NCBI GenBank assembly: GCA_951406725.2
Contig: CATOCA020000001.1
Coordinates: forward strand, 3,472,001-3,536,000
Direction of reading: 5' to 3'
Source of the DNA: Octopus vulgaris
Lineage: Eukaryota
Length of the DNA stretch: 64,000 nucleotides
Shown here piece by piece: positions 36,329 to 49,516 of the stretch; the stretch's first letter is position 1; every line of letters begins with the position of its first letter. The notes under the pieces were generated by a model. That model was not told the DNA's origin. It worked only from the letters and a program-made list of their open reading frames with translations, and searched no databases. A program made the translations under genes and the position numbers.

Positions 36329-38428
36329 GTGGCTGGTGCAAAAGTCCCCTCCCGACGTAGAATAACGTGGTGGTGGAACAATATTGTAGACAGGGCTATT
36401 AGACAAAAGAGACAGGCTTGGAAGGTCTGGAAAAATGGGGGTAGCAGGGAATTGTATCAGACTGCCAAAAGAGAAGCTAGGAGACAGGTTTATTTAGCCA
36501 GAGGGGAAGCAGATAAGAAAAAATTTGCCAATGTTCTGCGACTTGAGGACCAAAGACTGGAGGTGTTTCGCGTTGCAAGACAGTGTGTGAGAGAGAATCG
36601 TGATGTGGTAGGAGAGAAGTTTGTTCGCATGGAAGATGGTTCACTTGCGCTAAATGAGGATGCAAAGAGAGAAGTTTGGAGATGCCACTATGAAAGGTTG
36701 CTGAATAAAGAAAATGAATGGGATAAAGAGAGTCTGCCGAATGTTGACCCAACAGAGGGACCAGCTATCCGAGTTGATAGTTCCGTGGTAGCTAAGGCAA
36801 TTAGAAGCATGAAGACAGGGAAAGCCCCAGGCCCATCAGGAATCACTGCAGAGATGCTCAAAATGTCTGGTAGTGTCGGCTATAGCCTAGTCACCCGTAT
36901 AGTTAATCAGGTGATACACAAAGGAGTCATACCCAATGACTGGGGTAGCAGCATAATAGTCAACTGCTACAAAGGTAAAGGTGACGCCCTAGATACAAAT
37001 AACTACAGAGATATCAAGCTGTTGGATCAGATGATGAAGGTTACGGAGAGGGTCATAGCCCAACTAATTAGAGAGAGAGTTAGTTTAGATGAGATGCAGT
37101 TTGGGTTTGTGCCAGGGAAAAGTACTACTGATGCTATATTCCTGGTAAGGCAGCTGCAGGAGAAATACCTAGCCAAAGATAAGCCCCTGTACCTGGCTTT
37201 TGTTGACATGGAGAAAGCCTTCGACAGGGTCCCCCGATCCCTTATCTGGTGGGCAATGAGGAAACTAGGGATAGATGAATGGTTAGTGAGAGCTGTGCGG
37301 GCCATGTACAGAGACGCTGCTAGTAAGGTGAGAGTTGGCAACGAGTACAGTGAAGATTTCCGGGTAGAGGTTGGGGTCCACCAAGGTTCAGTCCTCAGTC
37401 CCCTCCTATTTATCATAGTCCTCCAGGCAATAACGGAGGAATTCAAGACAGGATGCCCTTGGGAGCTCCTCTATGCTGATGACCTTGCTCTAATTGCTGA
37501 GTCGCTATCAGAACTGGAGGAGAAGTTTCAGGTGTGGAAACAAGGATTAGAATCGAAGGGCCTCAGAGTCAATCTAGCTAAAACCAAAGTCGTAATCAGT
37601 AGGAAGGTAGACAAATCACAAACGCCTTCAGGTAGATGGCCCTGCTCGATCTGTAGAAAAGGTGTAGGTAGAAACTCTATAAGATGCACCAAGTGTAAGC
37701 TATGGACACATAAGTGGTGCAGCAATGTCAAAGGAAGGCTAACTAGGAATATGGTTTTTGTATGTGGCAGATGCTCAGGAACAATAAACACTGAAAATGC
37801 TCTGAGACCAACTTCCGTCACTTTCCAGGGAGAAAAACTAGAAATAGTTGATAGTTTCCGTTACCTAGGTGACCAAGTCAGCAGCGGGGTTGGGTGTGCT
37901 GAAAGTGTAACTGCTAGAGTAAGAATAGCTTGGGCAAAGTTCAGAGAGCTCTTACCTCTGCTGGTGATAAAAGGCCTCTCGCACAGAGTGAAAGGCAGAC
38001 TGTATGATGCGTGTGTACGAACAGCCATTCTACATGGCAGTGAAACATGGGCCGTGACTGCTGAGGATATGCGTAAGCTCGCAAGAAATGAAGCCAGTAT
38101 GCTCCGATGGATGTGTAATGTCAGTACTCATACTCGGCAGAGTGTAAGTACCTTGAGAGAAAACCTGGACCTAAGAAGCATCAGTTGTGGTGTGCAAGAG
38201 AGACGTTTGCGCTGGTATGGTCATGTGGCGAGAATGGATGAAGATAGTTGTGTGAAAAAGTGCCACACCCTAGCGGTTGAGGGAACCTGTGGAAGAGGCA
38301 GACCCAGGAAAACCTGGGATGAGGTGGTGAAGCACGACCTTCGAACTTTAGGTCTCACTGAGGAAATGACTAGAGACCGAGACCTATGGAAGTGTGCTGT
38401 GCGCGAGAAGACCCGGCAGGACAAGTGA
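36329..38428 (+). CDS. RTE reverse transcriptase ORF with a C4HC3 PHD-like finger
   Basis: 699 uninterrupted codons (GTG start in the track): QFGF, FVDMEKAFDRV, GVHQGSVLSPLLF, LYADDL, YLG, RRLRWYGHV. Confidence 0.93.
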   Translation: MAGAKVPSRRRITWWWNNIVDRAIRQKRQAWKVWKNGGSRELYQTAKREARRQVYLARGEADKKKFANVLRLEDQRLEVFRVARQCVRENRDVVGEKFVRMEDGSLALNEDAKREVWRCHYERLLNKENEWDKESLPNVDPTEGPAIRVDSSVVAKAIRSMKTGKAPGPSGITAEMLKMSGSVGYSLVTRIVNQVIHKGVIPNDWGSSIIVNCYKGKGDALDTNNYRDIKLLDQMMKVTERVIAQLIRERVSLDEMQFGFVPGKSTTDAIFLVRQLQEKYLAKDKPLYLAFVDMEKAFDRVPRSLIWWAMRKLGIDEWLVRAVRAMYRDAASKVRVGNEYSEDFRVEVGVHQGSVLSPLLFIIVLQAITEEFKTGCPWELLYADDLALIAESLSELEEKFQVWKQGLESKGLRVNLAKTKVVISRKVDKSQTPSGRWPCSICRKGVGRNSIRCTKCKLWTHKWCSNVKGRLTRNMVFVCGRCSGTINTENALRPTSVTFQGEKLEIVDSFRYLGDQVSSGVGCAESVTARVRIAWAKFRELLPLLVIKGLSHRVKGRLYDACVRTAILHGSETWAVTAEDMRKLARNEASMLRWMCNVSTHTRQSVSTLRENLDLRSISCGVQERRLRWYGHVARMDEDSCVKKCHTLAVEGTCGRGRPRKTWDEVVKHDLRTLGLTEEMTRDRDLWKCAVREKTRQDK

Positions 38429-39070
38429 GTCCATAACCCGTGGCCTTCTATATGGGATGTGGCCAGCCTACGTATGCATACCTTCCCTTCTTGGGACACA
38501 AAACTCTACTTGTGAAGACCTGTTGAGGCAAGTGAGGATCAGAATCGAAATCGATCAATGGAAATTGCAGATGTGTTACCAGTGCCGGTGGCATGTCGAA
38601 ACTCAACTTGTGAAGACCCGTTGAGGCAAGTGAGGATCAGAATCGAAATCGATCAATGGAAATAGATCAATGGAAATTGCAGATGTGTTACCAGTGCCGG
38701 TGGCATGTAAGAGAACCTTCCGTTTCGCGACCGTTGCCAGCACCGCCCCGTTTCGTGTCCGTTGCCAGCCTCGCCTGGCCCTCGTGCCGGTAGCACATAA
38801 AAAGCACCATCCGTTCGTGGCCGTTTGCCAGCTCTGTCTGGCACCTGTGCGGGTGGCACGTAAAAAGCCCCCACAACACTCTCGGAGTGGTTGGCGTTAG
38901 GAAGGGCATCCAGCCGTAGAAACACTGCCAGATTTGACTGGGCCTGATGAAGCCTTCTGGCTTCACAGACCCCAGTAGAACCGTCCAACCCATGCTAGCA
39001 TGGAAAACGGACGCTAAACGATGATGATGATGATGATTATTATTATTATTAATATTATTATTATTATTAA

Positions 39071-39107
<37 letters not shown>

Positions 39108-39123
39108 ATTATTATTATTATTA

Positions 39124-41018
39124 TTCTATGTTTGACTTTTGCTTTATGTCTGTACAAGTTGGCTCCAAGTCTCTCCCAGAGACCTCAAGAGACAACATGT
39201 TGGAAGTTCTGTGCCAAATATTTGGGGTTCTTTGGGGGGATTTTTTGGTGTTGTACTAGTGAATGTCTAATACATAAAAATAAAAAATAAAAAATAAAAA
39301 ATAAAAAAATAAAAAAAAGTTTGTTTTAAACCTTGGGATTACATAGAGAGTATTTTGCGTAGGATATGAGCAGTTCCCATGAGCACTATCTTTTAAATTT
39401 CTGCCATTTTGTGGTTTCCTGGTATCTGAGTTTGGTAGCAATCAGTCACTTTCGCTATCATTCCCAGGGCACCTATGACAACAGGTATTGTTTTAGTCTT
39501 CAGCTTCCACATTTTGCTGATTTCTATTTCAAGATCTTTATATTTGCTCAGTTTTTGGTAGGTCTTGACAGATACGTTTATATTGATTGGGACAGTCATA
39601 TCAATGAGGAGGCATGTTCTTTGTCTGAAGTCTTTCAATATGATGTCTGGCCTATTTGCATCTATCTTTCTGTCAGTTTGAATGGTGAAGTTCCAGAGGA
39701 GTGAGAGGTGGTCATTTTCAAGCACTGGAGGTGGATTGTGTTCCCACCAGTTTTTTTCATGGGGCAAATCCAGGTTTTTGCAGATTACCCAGTGAATATA
39801 TTGTGCAGCTCTATCATGCCTGTTGAGGTACTCTGTAGGCGCTAGAAGACTGAACTTGGCGACAGCATGATCAATGGTTTAATTTGTTGTTGACATACAC
39901 GACATGTTGGGCTACTGCCCTTCTTTAATATGTTGGCCTGGTAGTTTCTTGTTGGTAGGCATTGATCTTGAGCTGCTATGATAAACCCCTCTGTTTCAGA
40001 TTTTAAGCCAGAGGCCATTAGCCATTGATGGGTCAGGGCTTTGTCAACATCTGCATTATTCACTCTCTTTGGATATATGCCATAGAGAGGTTTTTCTTGC
40101 CATTTATCATTCAGAATATCTACGGCAGCTGTTTTAGCACGGCTTTCACGCGCTTAGCTTTTTCTGTGCTTGTTTCTTGTATGTCTATCTCTAATTCCGA
40201 AATTGGTTGTATTCGGAATTCACTTAGATATTCCTTTGCCTGTTTTGTTACTGAGTTTGATGCTTTCTTGTTTTCATGTTTTGAGACAAATTTTAACATC
40301 TAGTCCTCAGAGTTTTTCAGGTAGGTGTCTAGGCCAATTGTAGCAACCTTCATTGTTATTGCCAGTTGTAGAAGCCCACGCTTCCCTCTTGTCTTGGTAG
40401 ATAAAGTCGATCTATATCTGCCTTCGGGTGGTGCATTCTATGCATTGTCAACAGTTTTCGTATTTTTCTGTCAAGATTACATATTTCAGTAATTGACCAG
40501 TTAACGATATTGAAACTGTTAGTCACGACTGGTATAGCTAAAGCATTGATCGCATCGATCCTGCTTCTTGCATTCAGCTCTGTCTTGAGTATTGCTCTCA
40601 CTCTTCGATAACATTTTCTCCTGATCCTTTCCTTCATCTCTGAATGCCTTATTCCATCCCCTTCAATTACCCCTAGGTACTTGTAGCTCTCCGCTGGGTC
40701 TAGTTCTTTTATGACATTCTGCTGGTCGAGGTAACGTTAGATGTTTCTGTCACTTTTCCTTAGCTTTTGCACATTTCTCGAGGCCAAATTGCATTCTGAT
40801 ATCATCGCTGGATTGTTTAACAATTGTTAGTAAGCCCTTGAGTTGTTGGTCATTTTTTGCAAAGAGCTTTAAATCATCCATGTAAATGAGATGATTTATA
40901 TTTTTATCCTACATTTTATTATATCCGCACTGTGCCTCATTGAGCAATTTTGAGGGAGGTATTAAGGCTAAACAAAAGAGGAGTGGTGATCGTGAGTCAC
41001 CCTGGAAAATGCCACATG
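39124..41018 (-). pseudogene. R4/Dong-like RLE non-LTR retrotransposon, 3' half, frameshifted
   Basis: GIFQGDS.SPLLFC, HLIYMDDLKL, ETEGFIIAAQDQ, CRVC knuckle, NRPDIILKD...LIDMTVP...KYKDL...PVVIGALG; the 3' end abuts (TAA)n, the known Dong target. Confidence 0.88.
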
Positions 41019-41029
41019 AAGTATTTAAA

Positions 41030-41267
41030 TCACTAGCGTTTAGAAATTCATCGTCACTGTTCAAACTTAAAGTTGGTGCCCCTATAATGCTCATTAGAAA
41101 TTTGGTTCTCCCAAATCAATGCAATGGCACACGTTTGATCGTTAAGTCCTTATCTCCCACCATAAACTTATATCAATATTTGCCTGAATAATCATCATAA
41201 TTCAGTGCAATCATTAACAGTACTTTCAAGCAATTCAGCCCCGAGCAACGCCGGGCAATTCTGCTAG
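41030..41267 (+). mobile_element. Helitron relic: PIF1 helicase fragment and 3' terminus
   Basis: KLKVGAPIMLIRNL..PNQCNGTRLIVKSL; hairpin cccgagcaacgccggg at ~41240-41255, then CTAG at 41264-41267 followed by T. Confidence 0.85.
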
Positions 41268-43269
41268 TTGGTATATACATATACACATACATATAACATG
41301 CATACATACACTAATATACACATACACTCATACGCACAAACATGCATACAAAAGAAGCACATACATAGATGTATGTATGGATATCTATGTATGTGTGTAT
41401 GTGTGCATGAATGAATGTATGAATGTATATGTGTATCTGCGTATGATTGTATATAGGTATGTATATGTGTATGTATGAGTTTAACACACATAGACAAACA
41501 CAAACATTATACACACCTACCTACATACATACCCCTCTGCACACAAACATATATACATGAACACACATAGACACATATATACACATATACATGCATATAT
41601 AATTACATACATACACACATACATACATATATACATACACACATACACATACATACACATATGCCCGCAGACATATACACATCCGTACATACTCACATAC
41701 ATATATAAGCACTTACATATATACCAACATACTTGCATATATACACACATATATAGTCACATACATACACACATACTTACACACATACACACTTACACGC
41801 ATACATTCATACACACATGCATACTGATATACACACACACATACAAAATTACACACATATTTACATACACCCACATTCGCACATACACACACATACATAC
41901 ATACAGACATACAAATACACATACATAAATATATACATACACACATACATACATACATACTTACACACATACATACATACATACATACACACATACATAC
42001 ACACATACATACACACATACTTAATCACATACGTACAAACACACATACACACGCACATACACACAAACATACACGCATACATTCATATATACAAAAATAT
42101 ATACATACATATCCACATTCGTATATATGTGTGTGTGGATGCATGTATGCGTTTTTGTATCTTTGTAGATATTTCAGTATGTATGAATATATCTTTGTAT
42201 GTATATATGTATGTGTATGTGTGTATATATGTATGTGTGTGTGTATGTATTTATGCGTACACATGTATGCAGACAGACAAACTTGTGAACTTACACACAT
42301 AACATACATGCACACACACAAACACGCATGTACACATATATACATACACATATACTTACATACACACTTACTTAAATACACATACACACACTTACATACA
42401 TACACATACATACATGCATACACACACACATACATACACACTTACGTACACATATTCATGCTGCACACATACATACATCCATACACACGCATATACATAT
42501 ATACACACATAGGTACATACACACATGCATGAATGTGTTTGAGAATCTCTACGCCTTCCTCTAATTTGACCCCTCAACAACTAAAGTGTTTTTCGTTACT
42601 CAAAACATGTTTAGTAATCTCTCACCTATATACAGCTTCAGAACAGTTTCCCTTTGTTTTCTTTCTACATCCTCCTTTCCTTTTTGACACTAAATCCACA
42701 TTTTCCAAACAATTGCAGTGGCCTCATCGAACTTAAGAACCCCAATTTACTGATGTTCAAACGTCATTTTATATATATATATTCAACTTGTAAATTGTGA
42801 ATTAATTTGTATATCTAAATAAAGAAACTCTCACGAGCTTTAATAGGGTACACAGCTTTACAGCGTAACATCAATATGTTAATTTTAGATTTTAAAAAAA
42901 TCTTAATTATCATAATTTAGAGTACCATTTAACTTAAGGACAACGTGTAACATTTCATATTTTGTTGTTGTTTTTTTCCTCTTAAAATTCATTCTGAAAT
43001 CCCTAAAAAGCAATAAAATCACAGAGTCAGTATTTTGGGAACCCAAAATTACATAATTGAGCTTTGCATCTGCGAAACATACAAATGTTCAGAACATTTA
43101 TCACTGTTGCGCAGATTTTTCCCACTTTCGGCTAAAAATGTTTTTAAAATAATTCCCCTTATTCTTTGTCTTAATACTTTTCACAGCTCTACCCAACCAT
43201 TCTCAAGGATTTTCGATGGGTTTCAGCTCGGGCGACGGCGTTAGTCACTATATCAACCGAAATCTCTTA

Positions 43270-43635
43270 GGTATAATGTAATTTCTGAGTAGGTACCAGG
43301 TGACATTCGGGTGGTTGTCATGCTGGAAAGTCCAAATGCTTTCGGGCGTATGGAAGCATAGTATTATTCAATATTTCTAGATAGGACTTACTATCCATTC
43401 GAATTATAGAACTGACGTCTTTTCCAGACATACACCCTTACATCATCACACTTCCTCCAGAGTGCCTAATTGAAGGTTGAACGCATTTTGCATGGAATTC
43501 TTCGCCTATACGCCTTCTTACATACTTCCTGCCATCACTACCGAACAAGATGGACTTTGATTCGTCCGACCACAACACATTCGTCCAATCTGCTGGACTC
43601 CATTTCAAATGTTCTTTAACTCGCAAATCGATTTT
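43270..43635 (-). pseudogene. Tc1 (DD34E) transposase fragment, unit 1
   Basis: WTNVLWSDESK...GSDGRKYVRR...HSGGSVM...YLEIL...QHDN. Confidence 0.88.
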
Positions 43636-43746
43636 TCAAAAACACACAAACACACCTATATGCATAGACACTCATACATACATACATACATACATACATA
43701 CATACATACATACATACATACATACATACATACATACATTCATACA

Positions 43747-43782
<36 letters not shown>

Positions 43783-44255
43783 TACATACTTACATATATA
43801 AAAACATATATAGATACATACAGACATACTCACATACATACATACGGACATACACACACACATTACATACATACAAACATACATACATGTGTGTATGTAT
43901 GTACGTGTGAATGTACTTATGTATGCATGTATGCGTATATATATATCTGCGTGTACGTATATAGATATCTGTGTACATATATATATATGTCTATATATAT
44001 GTATATGTATGTGCGTATGTACATGTATATGTACGTATGCACTTATGTATGTCTGTAGGTACATAGATTCATACGTGCACACATTCTTACATCCATAAAT
44101 ACATTCATACATACATACATTCATATATACATTCAATTATGCATACATGCATAAATAAATAAATACATACATACAAACATATTTACATACATACATTCAT
44201 ATATACATACATACATACATACATACATACATACATACATACATACATACATACA

Positions 44256-44755
44256 TGGTGGTTGCCTACTCCTTATACAAAGTTTGAACAACTCCTTACC
44301 GACACCTTAGCACCATTATGGTGCCTGATGTGACTTTTCAAAAGAAAGAATATTCTGAAAAGACACCCACATAGATCGATCCTCCAATTTGGGCAACCAA
44401 GACCTGCAGATAAATTCTGCAGTTTGTAGGTCTTAAAATGTCGCTTGAGGCCTCCGTTGGATTTGCAATCTTCATAAGTTCGTCAGGTGATCATTCTATC
44501 CCTTCACCCCAATATTTGTTTTGTCTCTCCTTGCATCATCACCCCATTTTCTTTACCTTATATGGTTAATAAAGAAATTGACAGTTCAGGACTACATGCG
44601 CCGTTTCACGAGTCTTATTTTGCATCCAGCAGAGTGTCCAACAACACTCTCATCACCAAGCAAGCCTGGTGGGGTTGCCGGTTTAGTCGCCGACGACCCG
44701 ATCATGAAGCAGGATGTACTGGGTTACATGTTCCCAGTAGCACTCAAAGGAGACA
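44256..44755 (-). mobile_element. bipartite RTE-derived element with a (TGTA)n tail; copies at ~53537-54035 and ~62784-63285
   Basis: The 5' part matches 7598-7750; the 3' part encodes CKSNGGLKRHFK (C2H2-like) and ends ggcaaccaccatgtatgtatg. Confidence 0.55.
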
Positions 44756-44790
44756 TGCATACATACATACAGACAGACAGACAGAGAGAG

Positions 44791-45304
44791 ATGACGGCCG
44801 TCCATGAACATGTATCATACACATCAAAATGAAGCTGGTCCTCAGTGGATCACATCCCTTATCCACAACATAGTTGCTGTTTCTCTCAAAAGCAATGGTC
44901 TACCTTCGAATGACTGCATGTATCCCCGCCCGTGAAATTCCGTTGAGTGTTCTTTGAGCCATTTCTTCATTACCTCCACACTCACCAGATTTTGCACTTC
45001 AGACTATAATCCCTTCGGCGCAACAAAAGAGGGTTTGAGAGGCAAACATTATACCAGTGACGAGGAAGTAAGAACTGTGGTGAAGATGTGGCTCAAAGAA
45101 CATTCAACAGAATTTTACAGGGCAGGAATACATGCTCTCATTCGAAGAAGAAACATTGCTTTTGAGAGAAACGGTAACTATATTAAAGAGTAGGGATGTG
45201 ATCCACTGGGGCCAAGATTCATTTTGATGTATGATACATGTTCCTGTGTTGGTAATTCTACCTTTCCTAAACAAAATGACATTAGTTTTCGACGCACACT
45301 CGTA
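44791..45304 (+). mobile_element. mariner-derived fold-back element; copies at 54071-54582 and 63319-63830
   Basis: Transposase C-terminus SDY..FGATKEGLRGKHYTSDEEV...WL; 44806-44970 is an imperfect reverse complement of 45081-45243; ends ctcgTA. Confidence 0.8.
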
Positions 45305-45411
45305 CGTACACACATACATAAGTACGTACACACATACCCTCATATATACATATATACATACAAACATATATACACACATGCATAAACACATTCATACATA
45401 CGTACATACAT

Positions 45412-47133
45412 ACTCAAAAGGCGTATCGATTGAGGACCCTTATCAACAGTGTCAATTCTTTGCCGAGGCTTTTTCAACTATTTTCAAACAAGATGATGGT
45501 CGTGAACCCCCTCCATTTGATAGATCGGTACCTCCAATGCTCCGATTTGTCATCACGCGGGACGAAGTCAAACGTGTTATTCAAGGCCTCGATGTCAACA
45601 AGGGTCAAGGCCCTGACGGCATAAAACACACAGGTTATCAAAGCGTTGGCTCCGGTCATCTGCGAGCCCTTAACACGTCTATTCAATATGTCATTGGCGA
45701 CGGGTGTTATACCTGCGGACTGGAGAACAGCGATAATCTGCCCAATTTCGAAGAAAGGGAGCCGCGAAGGCCCGCTTAACTACCGACCGGTTTCCCTTAC
45801 ATCAATAATCAGCAAGATGTTCGAAACCATCCTTAAGAAAAGTATGATGCTCCACCTCCAAAACACAGCCTCTATCTCTGATTGCCAACACGGCTTCGTG
45901 CCGAAGAGATCATGCTTGACCAACTTACTGGTAATGGAAGAATTGGTGACGCGCATCCTCGATGATAGTGATGCTGTTGACATCGTTTTATTGGACTTTG
46001 CCAAAGCTTTTGACTCGGTAAACCACCGCCTATTACTTGTCAAGCTTCAAGCATATAGTTTCCATCCGGACATTGTACGATGGGTTGGTGCCTTCCTCTC
46101 AGATCGCTCCTTCCAAGTCGAAGTTAATGGTTCGCGGTCAGACGTCTCCAGTGCGAGCTGTGGCGTGCCTGAAGGTTCAGTGTTTGGACCCTTATTGTTC
46201 TTAGTCTTCATAAATGACTTGCCCGACGACCTCACGCAACACACCCTTCTATTAGCCGACGATGTCAAATTGGTCGCTCCTCGCGGTGATATAGAGGAGG
46301 ATGCCTCCACCAAATTTGGAGGTGGTCTAACGAATGGGACCTGTGTCTGAACGTGTCAAAGTGCTGTCATCTGCCTGTTGGCTCTCCTCCTGCAACTCAA
46401 ATTGATTTCGAGCTGGGCCGTCTACTTCTGGAGAGGACCGATCAGGTAAAGGACCTGGGTATCTTGGTGGATTCCTCCATTTCGCCTTCGGCCCAGTGCG
46501 TCCATGCTGCCAACAAAGCACGCGGAATTCTGTTCTTGATTCGACGGTCATTCGGAATGCTCACAGCAGCCATATTCCTACCACTCTATGTTCCGCTGGT
46601 GAGACCCATATTGGAGTACGGGATTCAAGCCTCTTCTCCTTATCTCTTCAAAGACATTCAGCATCTCGAAAGAGTCCAGAAGCTGGCTACCCACATGATT
46701 GATGGTCTCAAAAATTTGTCCTATGAAGAAAGGCTGAAGACGCTCGACCTTTATTCTCTAGAAAAACGCCGCCGCCGTGGGGATCTCATTCTCGCCCACA
46801 ACATCATTAGCGGAAAGTGTAACCTCTCGAAAGAGCAGTTCTTCACTCCTTCTCCAGAGCGTCGGCTGCGGGGTCATTCCGAAAAGCTGTACCTGCGACG
46901 ATTTCATCTCAATCGAAGGAGAGGAGCTTTCTCCGTCCGGGTTGCGGATCCGTGGAACAAGCTGCCAGACGAGATGGTGAAGATGCCGACGACCGCTTTG
47001 TTCAAAGCCTACCTTGACTTCAAGTGGCCTGAACTCTTTACATGAACACCACCCTGAACATAACTCCATGTCCCCCTACATGGCCTTGCTATTTGCTTTT
47101 GAGCCAAATTAACTAACTAACTAACTAACTAAC
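45412..47133 (+). mobile_element. 5'-truncated CR1-clade LINE with a (TAAC)n tail, unit 1
   Basis: NYRPVSLTS, QHGF, DFAKAFDSV, LADDVKL, RRRRGDLI, RLRGH, WNKLP; frameshifted. Confidence 0.92.
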
Positions 47134-47959
47134 ATACACACATATACATACATACACTCATACAAACAAAAATACATGTACATATACGCATATAAATATG
47201 TATATATACATATATGTACACATACATATATGCACACATACATACACATATACATACACACAGACATACATATACATACAAACGTGCATGCGTACATATA
47301 CACATACACACACACATATGTACACACATGTATACGAACATATATACGTACATACATATAAGCTTGCATTCATACCTACATACATTCATACATACATACA
47401 TGCATACACACACACATACATACACACTTACGTACACATATTCATGCTGCACACATACATACATTCATACACACTCATATACATATATACACACATAAGT
47501 ACATACACAGATGCATAAATACATAAATATATACACACAGACATACGTACGCACCTACATAGACACGTACATAAAACCATACGTATAAACATGCATGCAT
47601 AAACACAATCATGTATATATACATACATACGTACACACATATACATGTACATACGTGCATACTTACATACATACACACATACATATGTACGTAGATGCAT
47701 ACATACGTGCATACATACATAGGCACCTACATGCAAGTATGCAACTATACCTATATACATACGCGCATGGAATATGTACATATACACACGTACATACTTA
47801 CATAACTACATACATCAGTACACGCACATACATGCATGCATACGTACGTACATACACGCGTAGAAACACACATACATATATACGTATGTATATATATATA
47901 TATGCGAGCATATATATATATACATACACACATACATATATACATGCATGCATACATTA

Positions 47960-48009
47960 CAAACTCCTGTCTGAGCCATTCCGCATCGTGCGTTCCGTCC
48001 CTCAAGGGT

Positions 48010-48046
<37 letters not shown>

Positions 48047-49200
48047 ATCTCCTCCCTTCTGTATGTACTGACTATTGAACCATTTACTGCGGAAGCTGGG
48101 GGCGTTGATGGGTGTCTCGCGTGATCTAGTATCTGAGAGAAATGTATCTGCTTACGCTGATGATGTCACCGTCATAGTGTCGAGCCACAGGCATATAGAC
48201 CTGACAGTCGAAACACTACAGGAATATGAAGCGAAAACAGGAGCAAAAATGAACCCGGAAAAGTCAGTGGACTTGCAGCTCGGCACATGGAGAGGCAAGG
48301 CCATGCGGTCCAACAGCGTCATGCTGCGCTGGACAGACGGTCCCAACAAGTTGCTCGGAGTCTGGTTTGGACCGGACGTCCAAGTGGAGAAGAACTGGGA
48401 CGAAGTGACGAGAAGGGTAGCCAATCTCACCCAGAAATAGACCAAGAGGAAGCTGTACCTGAAAGATTGGGCGGAGGTGACGAACGCGTACATGGCACCC
48501 ATCATCTCCTACCGCTTCACTGTCGTCCCTTGTCCCGTTTCCTGGTTGACCAAGCTTGTGCGCTTACTCTTCCGTTTTCTGTGGAAGATGCGCATTCCAC
48601 TGGTCAGGCGCTCTATCTGTTGTCAATAGCTGCTGAGTGGAGGAGTGGGCATGCCCTGGTTACTGATGCGCAGACGTGCGCTGAGGTTGCGTCATCTCCA
48701 GCCTTTCCTTGACGGTGAGCAGGTGTGATCACCGTTTGTAAGAGGCACTTTTCCACAGCTCGTCTTTTTGACTGAGCGGCAATCCTGGACTGGGCGTAGT
48801 CCGAAGAAGGGCGCTTGGCACCTTGAGTGCCGTCAAGCACTCACAGTCCTCCACCAGGCGGGCAATACGGTCGGTAATACTTCCACTCTAAATTTCTAAA
48901 GAGTGCTAGTGAAGGGAAAGTGCGACGACGTCCTCAGGGAAACTCTGGGTGTCGATGAAGATCAACTAACCGATCTGTTTCGCAGCACTTTCGGGCCTGA
49001 GCCTATGGATAACTTCAAGAAATCCCTTGCCTGACAGTGCTACCGAGGGGCGCTGACTGTTTGGGATAAAATTTATAGGCACGGAAATGCCGTCAGCCGG
49101 GCCCACGTGAGGTGCGCCCAGAAAGGTGAAACTGTTCTGCACACCCTAGTCCAGTGCCCGAGTATTGCTGACCGGTGGGTTTATGTCGAACACCTACTGC
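47960..49200 (+). pseudogene. L1/Tx1-clade LINE RT fragment, unit 1
   Basis: RSVPQGCSLS (interrupted by (CT)n), SAYADDVTV, GAKMNPEKS, LLGVWFG, ETVLHTLVQCP. Confidence 0.8.
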
Positions 49201-49464
49201 ACACACATCTCCACTGTCAAAGCATATCTGATCAACAAAAAGCAATAAAATCGCACGGTCAGTATTTTGGGCATTCAGAATTGCTTCTTACAGCTTTGTA
49301 CAGATACTCACATACATACACACATACACACAAACAGATACATACATACATACATACATACATACATACATACGTACATACATTTATTCAAATACACATA
49401 CATTCATACATACAAGAATACATACTTAAACAGATACACGTACACATACGTAGATACATACATG

Positions 49465-49516
<52 letters not shown>

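Larger units (their letters stand above)
34707..39035 (+). mobile_element. near full-length RTE-clade LINE inserted in an (ATT)n tract
   Basis: ~550-bp 5'UTR with a ~50-bp internal duplication (34953-35050), APE endonuclease and RT ORFs, 3'UTR with a ~100-bp duplication (38505-38705), (GAT)n tail. Confidence 0.95.

Noticed and set aside
40940-41191. Host PIF1 helicase gene
   Set aside because: A short fragment fused to antisense retroelement sequence and followed by a Helitron hairpin-CTAG end.
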